Below, piece after piece: positions 36,801 through 50,800 of a stretch of 64,000 bases of DNA (positions within the stretch are counted from its first letter, which is position 1; each line of letters starts with the position of its first letter). Below the pieces are notes generated by a model, which was not told the origin of the DNA, searched no databases, and saw nothing but the letters and a program-made list of their open reading frames with translations. This DNA is from Malacoraja senta (Eukaryota): contig CM075985.1 in the NCBI GenBank assembly GCA_038087875.1, positions 25,048,001-25,112,000 of the forward strand, read 5' to 3'. The position numbers and the translations under genes are program-made.

Positions 36801-38846
36801 AAGACATTTGAGAAAAACTCTTTTGGCATGTGAAAGCATGTAAATTGAGAAGCATTATCTTCATTATGTTCAAATATTTTCCTGAACATTAAGGTGATAT
36901 TGGGGAAAAATGAATGAACAGATATCGCAAGAAAGAAAAAGTGAAGCTCCAGCATTATTTTTAGAATGTTCAATGGGAAATGGGTTCCTCCTTGTAGTTA
37001 ACTGGAAAGGAAATTATTTGCAAAAATGACAATCAATCTGCAAATGTTCGAGTAGGTAATTTTGTGCAATTTAAAGCAAAGAAACTTTGAGAAAATTGAT
37101 AACGACTTGCAATTTGTTGTTTACCAGAGATTTAGTAGAGCTGTTGGTAAGACTGCACTGATGGATGTGACTGTCTACACCAAAGTTGAACAAACAACAT
37201 TCAAGTCAAAGAATATTCTCATCTCATCATTACTTACCAGTTGTTGAACTGGGAGTGGACACTGTTGTTCTACCCGCTGTTGGCGTAGTGGCTTCTGAGC
37301 AGAAAGAAAAAAATACTCAGAAATACTGCAACCGGTTTGTTTTCTTTGCGTTTTACTGCCACTTTATTCTTATAAGAATCAAGTGTAAATATAGAAATTA
37401 TTGGATATAAATGCTAAGTCGCTAGTTTTGCAAAATTCTACAATGTAAAGTGCAGTTGTTTCCCAATGAGTAACGAGTAGAAGATCTAATAGTAGTTCCC
37501 ATCGATATAAGGGACATAATTCACTGATATGATTTGACTAAAAAGTATGTCCCTTCAGTTCTCTTTTCTCTCGCTAAGTGGAGGACATTCCCGACATAAC
37601 TTGCTGGGCATGTTTTCTTACTCTGCATTTTACAACTCCAACATTCTTTTGTCTATGTTCTCACACTCAAAGTGCTCTAATAGACTCCCTCTGAAAAAGT
37701 AAAGTCGGAAAGCTCTGAAAGCATTCGTGAGAAACACAAATCTGAAAGAAGCTTAGATACAGCACGGAAACAGACCCTTCAGCCCATCGAGTCCATGCTG
37801 ACCAGTGATCCCTGTACACTAGCACTATCCTACACACTTCGGACAATTTACCAAAGCCAATTAACCTTCAGACCTGAATGTCTTTGGAATGTGGGAGGAA
37901 ACCGGAGCAGCCTGGGGACAGCCACATGGTCACGGGGAGAATGTACAAATTCTGTACAGACAGCACCCGTAGTCAGGATCAAACCTGGGTCTGTGGCATT
38001 GTAAGGCAGCAACTCTACTGCTGATCATTACTTGTTTAGAAATAAACTTTCCCTGATAATTCAGCAAATAGCAATAGCCAGAATACTAGTAAACATCCAT
38101 TGTCATGAAGGCTCCAGGAGAAACTAAATCCATTGAAATTTAAAATGCATCTAGTAACTGTCTTGGAGATGTGCAAGAGAAACATTTCATTGCACTGAGA
38201 AATGCAGATAATACACCAACAATGAGAATGTGGAGATTAAATGTTACTGAAGTGGAAAAAAGAAAGCCACATACTAGTAAAATGTTTCAAATAGTGCCAT
38301 CTCTTTCTTGAAATAAAGTTTCTCGAACGAGCTTTTCCAAAATAATTGCAATATTTCTGAAAATAGGAATTCTTTACACTGAGATACACAGAATACCCAA
38401 GAGGGACATGTCCTTTACTCTTGTTGCTGTAAAGTCAGAATATGAATTTATATGCACTCCTTATTTCCAACCACACAAGCATTTCTCTAATCATTTGAAT
38501 GAATTCATCACTTACCCGTTGTTGAAATGGAAGTAGTCAAAGTTGTAACTTGGAAAGAAACACAAAAACATTTTAAAATGGAGAAACATGTAGTGGATTG
38601 CAATCCAGCAGTATTGGGCGAGACACAATGCTATGTTATTTCAGTGGCTCATTTTCCATATCCCTCTGATGAACATCGAAGATTCAATACATCATAAGAG
38701 ATTAAACTTTGCCTTATCTCCATCTGTACATTTCAAACCCAAGCTTCACTCACTGGCTCTCAATGATGCCAGCTGAAGAAACATCCTAAGAAGGAAATCA
38801 AAGGGCAAAAGGGGGGCAGGAGATCACTCTGGCAGACGAGAGAGAG

Positions 38847-38899
<53 letters not shown>

Positions 38900-41800
38900 A
38901 ACTCCTTGGAAACCAACGTGATCATTGCTGTGTGAAGTCGAAGGAGATGGACAAACTCCATAATGAGTATTTTCCCTCTGTGTTTACTGTGGAGAAAGAT
39001 GCAAAGACTGGGGAACTTGGGATAGTTAAAGGAACTGTCTTGAGGACAGTCTGTATTACATTGGAAGAGATGCTGAACATCCAAAGGATTATCAAGATGG
39101 ATAAATCTCCCGGGCCTGATCAGAGATATCGGAGTATGCTGTGCGAAGCCAAATAATAAATTGCAGATGCCTGGCTGAAGTATACAAATCATCAATATAT
39201 ATGGGTGAGGTGCCGGAAGACTGGAGGGTGGCTAATGTTGTGCCACTATTTAAGAAGGGCTGCAAGGAAAAGCCTGAGAACTATAGACGAGTGAACCTAA
39301 TGACTGCGGTAGGCAAGTTACTGGAGCGTGTTCTGAAAGAAAAGATATGTATGCATTGGGACCGACAGGGGCTGATTAGGGATGGTCAGCATGGTTTTGT
39401 GAGTGCGATTTGCTTGTATTTCTAGCGAAACAAGCATTTCTAATGTCATTTGATCAAACACTTCACTTACCAAATGTTGAACTGAAAGGAGGCTGATGTG
39501 TTGTTGTGGTGGTAACTGGGGAAAAAAAAAAAATTGCTACAGCTTTCTGAGTACACCGATGATTTAAAACCTCTTCAGATATGAAGCTCCATCTTGTCTC
39601 GATTTGTAAAGGGCAAACTCTGATCTAAATCAACGCTCACTAGCTTTCTATTATGTCATATAGGGAAACATTCTGTCTACTATATTATTCAAGCTGGTGT
39701 ACTGAATGTGGAGAGAACAAAAATCGGTATTAATGAATAGTGAATTCAGATTTCTTCAATATCATAAATTTATGGTGGAGAACCTATCGACCTGCACCAC
39801 CAGGCCGGGCTGGAGCCACCACCACCTACCTGGCTGGTTCCAGACTGGGCCAAATGCCGCTATTGCCAGCCCACACCACTTCATTGGCCACTTCCAGGCA
39901 CCACCACCATCGCCATCGCCACTGCCAACCCTTTCCTGCACTCCTGCAGGCCACGACCAACGACTCCACTGAATCCTTACCTCTTCCTTGGGTGACAGCA
40001 GGCTGGAGCCATCATCACACCTGGATATTAGGACCAGTTCCAGTCTGAGAGTCTGAAGATGGGGACCTAAAATGTCATATATTCTTGTTTTCCAGAGATG
40101 CTGCCTGACCTGCTGAGTTACTTCAGCACTTTGTGTTCTTTTGTGTATTAACGTGTATCTGCGGTTGTTGTTTTTTTTGCATATTGGACACCATTCCCCC
40201 TCCCATCCACTGCCTGTTATAACTAGTCTTAACTACATTACAATATATCCAGAAATTAGGGATCTGTTTGAAGATGTTTACTAAGTAATTAGAAATATAT
40301 AAATATGCAAAGATACACAGATAGCATTTCTATCAGGTTCCACAGAAATTGTAAATTTACCGATCTTTGACATCAGGATAAAGATAGGTCTCGACCGAAA
40401 ACGCCACCTATTCCTTTTCTCCAGAGATGCTGCCTGACCCACCATTACTCCACCATTTTGTGCCAATCGTCAGTGTCAACCAGCATCTGCAGTGCCTTCC
40501 TAAGTATATCTAAACGATGAAGGAACATATTTCCCCCTTTGGGAGTTGACAATACAAGCTAATGTGTCACTGGTCTTGTGAACTTATACAATGAAAGAGG
40601 TTGGTACTTGTCCAATATGAAATTAATGGGCATTCTCATTACATGTTAAAGTGGCCCTGTGACGTTCCTTCCCAGACTGCTCTGCCTTGCACTCTGAACA
40701 GGTGTCACACCGTATCACATGATTTCCTTTTTCCCACCAATGCCATCCACATGAAGAGCATACACAGCACGTGGACAATGAATGGCTCAAACCTGAACAA
40801 ACGTGCTGAAAATATTGAAATAATGACCTACCCGTGCTTGTACTTTTACCGCTAACAAATAAAGGGAAATAGACACTTCAACCTCTCTTCAAATCTAAAT
40901 GCGACAGAAGTGAGAATTTCACAAATGTTTTAATCAAAACCACTGATGTTGAGGAATTTGTTTACTGTAACTACCCACCAGGTGTGCTATCTTCGATACA
41001 CGGATGAGGCAAGACCAGTTTAATAGCTTATGCTGAAGACATAATGAAACAAGTAATTCTCTCATTTACCGGATAATATAAGTTTGTACTGCTGGTAGTT
41101 GTGGTCTCTTCTGTTACGGACTGATAGCAAACTCGAAGTCAGAACAAAGTTAGGTCCCATTCAAGGAGCTTTCAGTGTCCTGTGCAGGTTAACCCTATGT
41201 TTTTGTCGCATATCACATTGACTCAAGAGAGTACAAGCCCAGTACCGACAAATGCTCACCATAAGTTAAACTACTCATTCCTGGGATCTTTCTTCTAAGC
41301 CTCCTCTGGACCCTCTCCAGAGCTAGCACATCCTTCCTCAGATATAGTGCCCAAAATTGCTCACAATATTCCAAATGTGGCCTTACCAGTGCCTTATAGA
41401 GCCTCACCATTACATTCCTATTTTTGTATAAAGCCCTCTTGAAATAAATGCAAGCATTGAGTTTGCTCTCTTTATTACTGATACGACTGGCAGATTAACT
41501 TTTTGGGAATCCTGTGCTAACACTCACAGGTCCCATTGCACCTCCAATTTCTGGATTCTCACCCCATTAGGTAAGTCTCCAGGTCCTGACATGATATTCC
41601 CTAGGACATTGAGGGAAGTTAGTGTAGAAATAGCAGGGGCTATGACAGAAATATTTCAAATATCATTAGAAACGGGAATGGTGCCGGAGGATTGGCGTAC
41701 TGCGCATTTTATTCCATTGTTTAAAAAGGGGTCTAAGAGTAAACCTAGCAATTATAGACTTTTTAGTTTGACGTCAGTGGTGGGCAAATTAATGGAAAGG

Positions 41801-44800
41801 ATACTTAGAGATAATTTATATAATCATCTGGATAAACAGGGTCTGATTAGGAACAGTCAACATGGATTTGTGCCTGGAAGGTCATGTTTGACTAAATTTT
41901 TTAAGAGGTTACTAGGGAAATTGATGAGGGTAAAGCGGTGGATGTTGTCTATATGGACTTCAGTAAGGCCTTTGACAAGGTTCCACATGGAAGGTTGGTT
42001 AAGAAGGTTCAATTGTTGGGTATTAATAGTGGAGTAGCAAGATGGATGCAACAGTGGCTGAATGGGAGATATCAGAGAGTAATGGTGGATAACTGTTTGT
42101 CAGGTTGGAGGCCGGTGACTAGTGGGGTGCCTCAGGGATCTGTGTTGGGTCCACTGTTGTTTGTATTATACATGAATGAACTGGATGAAGGTGTGGTAAA
42201 TTGGATTAGTAATTATGCAGATGATACTAAGATAGGTGGTGTTGTGGATAATGAAGTAGATTTTCAAAGTCTACAGAGAGATTTAGGCCATTTGGAAGAG
42301 TGGGCTGAAAGATGGCAGATGGAGTTTAATGCTGATAAGTGTGAGGTGCTACATCTTGGCAGGACAAATCAAAATAGGACGTACATGGTAAATGGTAGTG
42401 AATTGAGGAATGCAGTTGAACAGAGGGATCTAGGAATAACTGTGCATAATTCCCTGAAGGTGGAATCTCATGTAGATGGGGTGGTAAAGAAAGCTTTTGG
42501 TGTGCTGGCCTTTATAAATCAGAGCATTGCATATAGAAGTTGGGATGTAATGTTAAAATTGTACAAGGCATTGGTGAGGCGAATACTGGAATATGGTGTA
42601 CAATTCTGGTCGCCAAATTATAGGAAAGATGTCAACAAAACAGAGAGAGTACAGAAGGGATTTACTAGAATGTTGCCTGGGTTTCAGCACCTAAGTTACA
42701 GAGAAAGGTTGAACAAGATAGGTCTTTATTCTTTGGAGCGCAGAACGTTAAGGGGGGACCTGATAGAGGTCTTTAAAATTATGAGAGGGATAGACAGAGT
42801 GGACGTGGATAAGCTTTTTCCATTAAGAGTAGGGAAGATTCAAACAAGAGGACATGATTTGAGAATTAAGGGACAAAAGTTTAGGGGCAACATAAACTCA
42901 GAGAGTGGTAGCTGTGTGGAATGAGCTTCCAGTGGAAGTGGTGAAGGCAGGTTCGTTTTTATCATTTAAAAATAAATTGGATAGGTATATGGACGGGAAA
43001 GGAATGGAGGGTTCTGGTCTGAGTGCAGGTAGATGGAACTAGGTGAGAGTATGTGTTCGGCACGGACTAGAAGGGCCGAGATGACCTGTTTCTGTGCTGT
43101 GATTGTTATATGGTTATAAGGTTATGGTTATTTAGAAAATAGTCTAGCCTTTATTCCTACTACCAAAATGCATGACTCCACACTTTGCTACACGATATTC
43201 CATCTGCCATTTCCCTGCCAACTCTCCCAACCTGTCCAGGTCCTTCTGCAGAGTCCCTGCTTTCTCTACACTACCTGCCCCTCCACCTATTTTCGTATCA
43301 TCAGCAAACTTTGCCCCAAAGCCTTCAATCCATCGTCCAAATCATGAATATACAACATGAAGAGCAGCGGCCCCAGCACCAACCCATGCGGAATACCACT
43401 ATTCACTGGCAGGCAACCAGAAAAAGCTGCCTTTAGTGCCACTCTTTGTCTTCTGCAATCCAGCCAACATGCGATACATGCTAGTATCTGCCCTTTGATA
43501 CCATGGGCTCCCATCTTCTCAAGCAGCATAACGTGTGGCACCTTATCAAAGGCTTTCTGAAAATCTAAGAAAACAACATCTACGGACCTTTGCCTGTCCA
43601 GCTCCGATGCAGCAAACTGTCAATTCCACCTCTTCTTATAAAGGTATTCTGATATAATAATAGATAAATAAAGAGATGCAACGAGTTCAGTGAATGTGGT
43701 GTTGTAATCTGTGCTTAGATTTCATTTATTGTGTAAATGCAGAATGCATCTTTGAAACTAGCAAGGATTAATGCTGGACGTTTTGCAGTTTACAATACAT
43801 TTCGAAAAGACTTCGAAGTAAATGTAGAGGGTTGATTAGTAAGTTTGCAGGTGACGCCAAGATTGGCAGAGTCAGGAAAAGTTCACCTTTATAGAACTTT
43901 GGTTCGGCCGCATATGTATTGCGTGCAGTTTCGGTCTCCACATACTAGAAGGTTTTGAAGGCATGGATAGTGTATAGAACAGGTTGACAGAATGCTGCTT
44001 AATTGAGGATATTAGGTATTAGAAGAGGTTGGACAAAATTGGATTGTTATCTCGAGAAGATCGGAAGTTGAGGGGAAGTTGATGGTAGTGTATGGATATA
44101 CGAGAGGCATAAAGAGGATAGAGTGTTATTGCCAGGGTAGAAATGTCAAAGGCTAGAGGGCACAGCTTTAAGGTGAGTGGGGTAAAATATAAAATAAATT
44201 AACGTGGTAATATTTTTTTTTAAATGGAAGGAGCCTCATCTTCAGCACAGATATTGTGGGCTGGTCCTGTGTTCCACGGTTCTATTTGTTGATTTATAAT
44301 ATGTCTACCTGAGAGAGCAACTTTTGCAAAAATTCCAATGTTGAAAATTCTAGTTAAGGATTGACATGTGCTTGTATTTCTGGTGAAATCTATATTTCCA
44401 CTGTTATATGAACAACCCTTACCAGATGTGGAACTGGGAGAAGGCTGATGTGTTGGTGTTGTAGTTGTAACTGGGAAAACAAAAAGAAAAATTCAGCTGC
44501 TGCAGCTTTCTGATGTTGAGTACACTGATGATTGATAACCCCTTAAGAGGTGAAACTCCTTCTTATCTCAATCTGTAACAGGCAAACTCTGATCCAAATC
44601 AATGCTCACTAGCTTTCAATTATATCATATAGGGAAATATCTTATCCACTTCTATATTATTCAAGCAGGTGTACTGAATGTGGAGAAAACAAAATCATGA
44701 ATTTCATTGCATCCAGTAAATTACAATAATCTTGTACATTTCCACACAGACTGCTGCTCTTGATGAAACTGCGCTGGTGAATGCATTTGTGTATTCATAT

Positions 44801-47800
44801 ACGTAACAATGCAATTTTTCATATCATTTGAAGAAGTCCATCACAGACCAGTTTTTGAATGATGAACAGATCGAGTGATTGTTGTCCATCCTGTTGTAAT
44901 GTTAATTTGGAAAAAGAAAGAACGAGAATCAAACAGAAGAAATTCTTGATCACTGCAAGGCAGTATTAGTGATCATCATCCACTATTTGGTTATTTTATA
45001 GACACTCAAAGTTAGAGCAAAAAATAAATAACTTTACCTTACAAGACAAAATGGTCATTGATATTTTTGGCTACTTTTCCCGAGGCAAATTGAACTGCAG
45101 ATTATGTTGATGGATTTGTGTCAAATACTCTCATTGTTTGCTTTTGTAATTATTTGGTGATTCTATTGAAATAAAAACTCACCACTTATGGAACTGGTAG
45201 AAGGAGTTGTTGTCACTTTGGTTGTAGTTGGCTCTGCTGGAGAACAATGGAAAGTATTAAAAAATGAAGCACACCAGCTCCATTTGCAACTAGTCAGAAA
45301 GTGACTTGACGAAACATGGTGAAGTGGATACGAAAAGTAATGATTAAAGTGCAGTCATCAAATACAACATAGCAAGGTTAGGTACCATGGAGCAAACCAT
45401 CAGTTGCACCTCTTCTTATAAAAGTATTCTGACGTAATAATAGATAAATGAAGGGATGCATAGAATACAGTGAACACGGGTGTCAGAATCTGTACACAGA
45501 TTTCATTTGTTTTGTAAATGCAGAGTGCAACTTTCAAACAAGGATCGATGCTGGATGTCTTGCATTTTGCGATACATTTTGAAATGACTTGGAAGTAAAT
45601 GTGGATGGGTTGATAAGTAAAGGCTCTGTCTTATGGTGTTGCGGTCATCGGCGGTGAAGCGAGGCTTCGCCTGTAGAGTGGACCGCACGGCAACGGCGAG
45701 AGCGCCGAGCCTATGCCACGGGAGCGCCGCACAGATGCTGCGCGGGGGCCGAGTGATTTAAATACGGCCGGTCCCACGTGCTTGCGGTAAGTAAAAAAAA
45801 AGGGCGGGCCGACTGCGATGATGTCATTTTGGATCTGCGGGGCTGTGGCGGCGGCCGTGCCGCACTCGTGCCTCACTGGCGGAGGCTGTGCGGTAGGGAC
45901 ATATTTTTGAACAGTGTTGGTTTTAGTTTAGCACCGTGCGGTGTTGGGAACAACGCCGCACGGCCCCGGAATTGTGCGTTTGACCGAGTGCGCGGTCTAT
46001 GGCGGCCCAGGAGCAGTAGATTCTTCCCGTTTCGCCGCCAATGACCACAGACTCGTGAGACAGGCCTTTAAGTTTGCAGATGACACCAAGATTGGCGTAG
46101 TTCTGGAAGAGTTTGGAAGTCATGTTACAGCTTTGTAGATCTTTGGTTAGGCTGCATTTGAAGTATTGTGTGCAGTTTTGGTTTCCGCACACAGGAAGCA
46201 TTTCAAGGCTTTCGAGAGTGTAAAGAGCAGGTTGACCAGAATGCTGCCTAATAGTAAGATTAAACGAGAACTTACCTAATTTTAAGTTTGATCTTCATTT
46301 TATGAGGAGTTACGTGATTCTGATTGGTGATTACGTGAAGAACCCCGCCAGTGCGTCAATCTTCGAAGCAGCGGTGTGAAATCACAAAAAACAACAAGCG
46401 AAGTAATATAGTATCATAATAAAACGAGTAATACAAGAACTTCCATCTGACCTTTATGATAGAGGGTTGGGTCGTGGTGGGCACGTAATCACCAACGTAA
46501 CTCCTCACAAAATAAAGATCAAACTTAGGTAAGTTCTCGTTTAATCTTACTATTTTACTTCGGAGTCACGTGAGTGACTACGTGAAGATTTTAAAGCTTT
46601 GTGATTTCATGCCGCAGACAAAGCCCGGCTTCTCAATGCATTGATTGACTCGGAACGAGAATATTCAATTATGCATTAATAATAACATTTGTACCACAAA
46701 TGCAGTAATTCATTTATTTGAATAAAAGAATTAATAGTATCCCCTTTAACCCAGGGAAAATTAAGCAGAACTTAATATAGTATTTGCAAACAGCCCTGTA
46801 TTGGCAATAGCCCGATGGTAAAAGTATTGAAACACCAACTTATTAGATCACCCGGCGTCTGTGAGAATATGATCGACGGGACTTCCTTCGCCCTGGTCGT
46901 CAATGTTGCTGCTAAACTGAATGGAATGTAAAACCATCAATGTTCACACGTGCAGCAACTAAAACTTGTTTTTAACCATCTTAAAATAGTCTAAACTGAC
47001 ACTATCTTGTATGGTTTTTCGTGAATGATAAACAATCTTGTTTTCATATTTCATAAGATCTTTGTAGCCTCAATTTTTTGCAATAAATATGTCTTAACAT
47101 ACAGACATGGATCCATAAAATATGTTAATAAAACAATCTTGAATCCTGTCACACCTGATCCTACTTAATTTGAGTAGTTCATAAAATGTAAAACATAACA
47201 TAATCCTGAGGTACTTCTGTGTATCTGTAACTTTGTAATGTTACAAGTGCCATAAACATGACTACCTTCATGCTGAACTTGGCCAAATCAGAATCGTACC
47301 AAGACTCCTTTGATGAAGTAGCTTAAAACAATTCTATATTCCGGATTCCCTCCTAGGTTTAGAAGGTCTGGAATTAAAATTCCTTCCATTAATCTGGAAA
47401 TAAAAGAACGAGACTCAACAGGATGTCTTTCCAACCTCATCAAATAAAAACGAGGAATAATATACTACTGTGTGAATAAATCGCACTATACCTCAACCCA
47501 TTAAATAGAGGTCAATCCAAGATATTTGAGACATGTGCCGTACAACATTCCATATCCTTTTATACTCAGAAATGTTTTCCCCTCATTCTTTACATAATGG
47601 GAAAGCAGTATTTACAGAGTCACAACTCAGATTCACAAATGTACTGCTTTTGAGTACTCTTCCGCCAGACTGCTGTAAGCATGTCCACAGCATGCCCAGA
47701 CAATCCTCTTTTTTAAACCTGCATCCATACAGGCATATGACGGATGTTGCTCTCCAATTATCGAATACACCAGTAACTTCCTTCTTTTGGGAACATTTAT

Positions 47801-50800
47801 CAGAAACTGTGTCATAAATTCCAATATCAAAGGGAACCATGGCTGCGTAGACCCGTCTGGTACCACGAATACCCCAGAGGCAGCATACTGCTTCGTTTTA
47901 AGCAGACACCGATTTATGAGACAGGATGAAGTAAAATGCATATAACAACATACCATCCTAATATAGCGAGAAACATCCATCGCCACTGTCTCCCGATGTA
48001 GTCCCATAACACATATCTCTGTAACTGGTGATTGAGTCTGGATGGAAACAAGTCATATCTGGCTTCCCAAATCTGACTATTATATCATTAAAAAATCTTA
48101 AGGTTAAACATCCATTCTTTGTTATCATGGAAATTCCACCCATACAATTAATACATGCCATTGCTGTAGTGTTGTTAATTTGAAACTGAACATGCAGATT
48201 ATTTGTATTTAACAACAAGCTTGTAGCTCATAAGCCTACCAATAGACTTTAAAACGTCGATTCTCCATGTCTGTAAAATAATACTTCTTCCATATGCCAT
48301 CTGTCCACAGATGGATACCTTTTCAGTGGCACCAATCTTAGTCCACTGATATCAGTCTGTTAAGACCATGGAAGGCTGTGCAATCCGTATCTTGCTTGAA
48401 CTACTGAAGACATGTTAAATCCACTACTGCAATCAGAAGCAGCATTTGTTGTTTAATTGCATGGCCTATCAAAAAATGGCCATCATGCATCTTAGTGTTT
48501 TTTCTTTTTGCAGTCTGCAGCTGCTGGTAGTCCAATGGCCCATATTGTATTGCTGGAAATAACACTAATTCTCCTAACAAGCTGGCCACCTGTCTTAATT
48601 GAAGATTGTTGCTTTTCCAACTGCTTAATACAACCATCAATTAGCTTTACCCTTTACCCTGGGTAAATTACTACCTTTTCAATTGAATCAAATAATCAAT
48701 TGTTGTAAGTATCGTTAACTTAATTTCTCTCTGGATGAATTAAACCAAATTTTCAAAAGTGGTTTGAATAATTTGAGAGAGATAACTCACGAATTCTCTT
48801 GTTCGTCCTAATTAGGACATCATCCAGTTAAGCCATTCACATCTGTCCTTGGACTCTAATTAGCCGCAAAATTGGTTTTACCAATTTAGTGAATTTCTAG
48901 GGACTGAAGTTAACCCGTTAGACAGAACTTTGAATTGCCATAATTGTTCCTTTAGATAATTCTATCTTATAAATGAACAAACACTAAGTAATATACATCT
49001 TTCAGATCTATAAGTGCCATAAAACATCTTTTTTGAAATAAATTGTTTGGCAGTCTCAAAGTCTCTATTTTGAAGTGTCCATACTTCACAAATTTTTAAA
49101 GACTTGCCAGATCTAAAATACTCCTCACCTTTTGAGGTTGAGAAATTTTAAACACAATTTGGTGGTTTTGATAAACCGACCTTTCAATTACTTGTTTATA
49201 AACAAGTTTTCAATTCAGCTTGAACCTCCATCAATTATTTTTATGTGAAATTGGAGTGTTCTGCTTGGAACATGCTGGATGGCAAATCAGTATTTGAATC
49301 GAATCAATTAGAAACCTTTCTATAATACTCAGAATAATAACTGAAGTAATTTGCTTCCAATATTTGGCTGTTTTTGCCTTAATATGTTCCCATAAGAACC
49401 AGGTCCACCTACCTCCTTTGTCATCTGAGTGACCTGTGGTCCCTGGCTCTTGGCAGGCAAAACCCACGCTTTTATGTTTTCCTGCTGCAGGACATCAACT
49501 GCGTACCTGCTTCAATGGTCGATTTAATCCTGATGTCGGTCCAGGATTTTGTATGATGTCTGAAAGGATACGTCCTCTTTGCAGACTTGACGACCATTGA
49601 TGTTGTGATCAACTTTGCTGTTTTTGCCTCATTATCCAACTCTTTCCCACGATTCATGAGGTTTTTTCTCTGAAGAGTAAGTTGAATGACTGCACATTGC
49701 TGGGCTTTACAGAGTTGCTGCAACTTTGGGTTGATTGGTGGACCGAATGGCATACTTCCTGAAACAATTCATCTTGAAGTGGGCGCTACATAGCAACCTT
49801 AGTGCCACTTGATGCATCTCCATCCATGGCCTCCATCCATCGTTTTGCAAATTGCAGTTGTTCATCAACCCAGCAGCTTCAATATTCTCTGCAGTTTACT
49901 TTCCTTAGGCTTACATGCCTTCGCCCATCTGACCCCTTATCTTGGTTCACTGCTAGTACTTTCAGCAATACGCAGTTCCTTGGGATCTCGTGCTTTTTTG
50001 GCATTTTCATCCATCGTAAACTACTAGAGCTGATGGCAGACACAATAGTTGATCACAGAGACCGCGTCCTTTCCAGTGGCTCTCCTGACTCTGACGGGGC
50101 AGCGATTCGTACTACCAGGAGTAAAACATCTGGCAGCTGCCGTCTTCGCTTGTATCGGCCTCACCGTCAGACTCAGGGTTAGAACTCTCACAGAGCAGCA
50201 AATCGTACTGCCAGGAATAACCCATCTGGCAGCTGCCGTCTTCGCTTGTTTTGGAAACTCTGCTGACCCTGTGCACGCGCCTCATCAATGAGGGTGCTAT
50301 CAAGCAGCCCTTTAATAGGTGCTGCTGACCTGGCTTCTGGAGCCTGGTTCTGACATCACTCCTCCTGGAGTATGTTTCGTTGGAGCAACCTGTGTACAGG
50401 TTATCCATTTGGAATATCCACTCAGAAAGTGGTATCCAGCCTTGGAGGTGAATCCCAAACTGACTCTTGCTCCATGGCCCTGACTTGTATGTTGCCTAGC
50501 ACCCAACTGACGCTGGCTCCGTTCTTTTCTTTAATGCACAAGTCCACAGTTCTCCCCGCTCCCAGCCGGCGACTGTTGTAGGATATGAGGCAGTCCTTTA
50601 CCGACCGCATCCCCGCAGCTTTTTATCGGCTTTGCCTTGCCCCACTGGTGCTGACTAAATTCACTTCAGCCCCAATATCCCCAGTCGCTATGCTGTCTGC
50701 TGGCGACTGTACCGTGGTCAGAGGCGGCTGGTCGCCGACCGCAATCTCGCGACTTTCTACCGGCTGAGTCACTCGCCTCCTCCCGTTTTTTCCATGGCGC

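Noticed and set aside
39775-40050. GC-rich insert with CAC/CCA-rich repeats that superficially resembles a PTS exon
   Set aside because: The Thr/Pro-rich reading is on the strand opposite to the mucin, and no matching splice sites were found.
41070-41120. Thr/Ser-rich segment (ETTTTSSTNLYYP) before a GTAAAT donor, a possible additional microexon
   Set aside because: With the nearest AG it is 41 nt and frame-breaking. With the upstream AG it is 51 nt but not Thr-rich in phase 1. It may be a decayed exon; not called.
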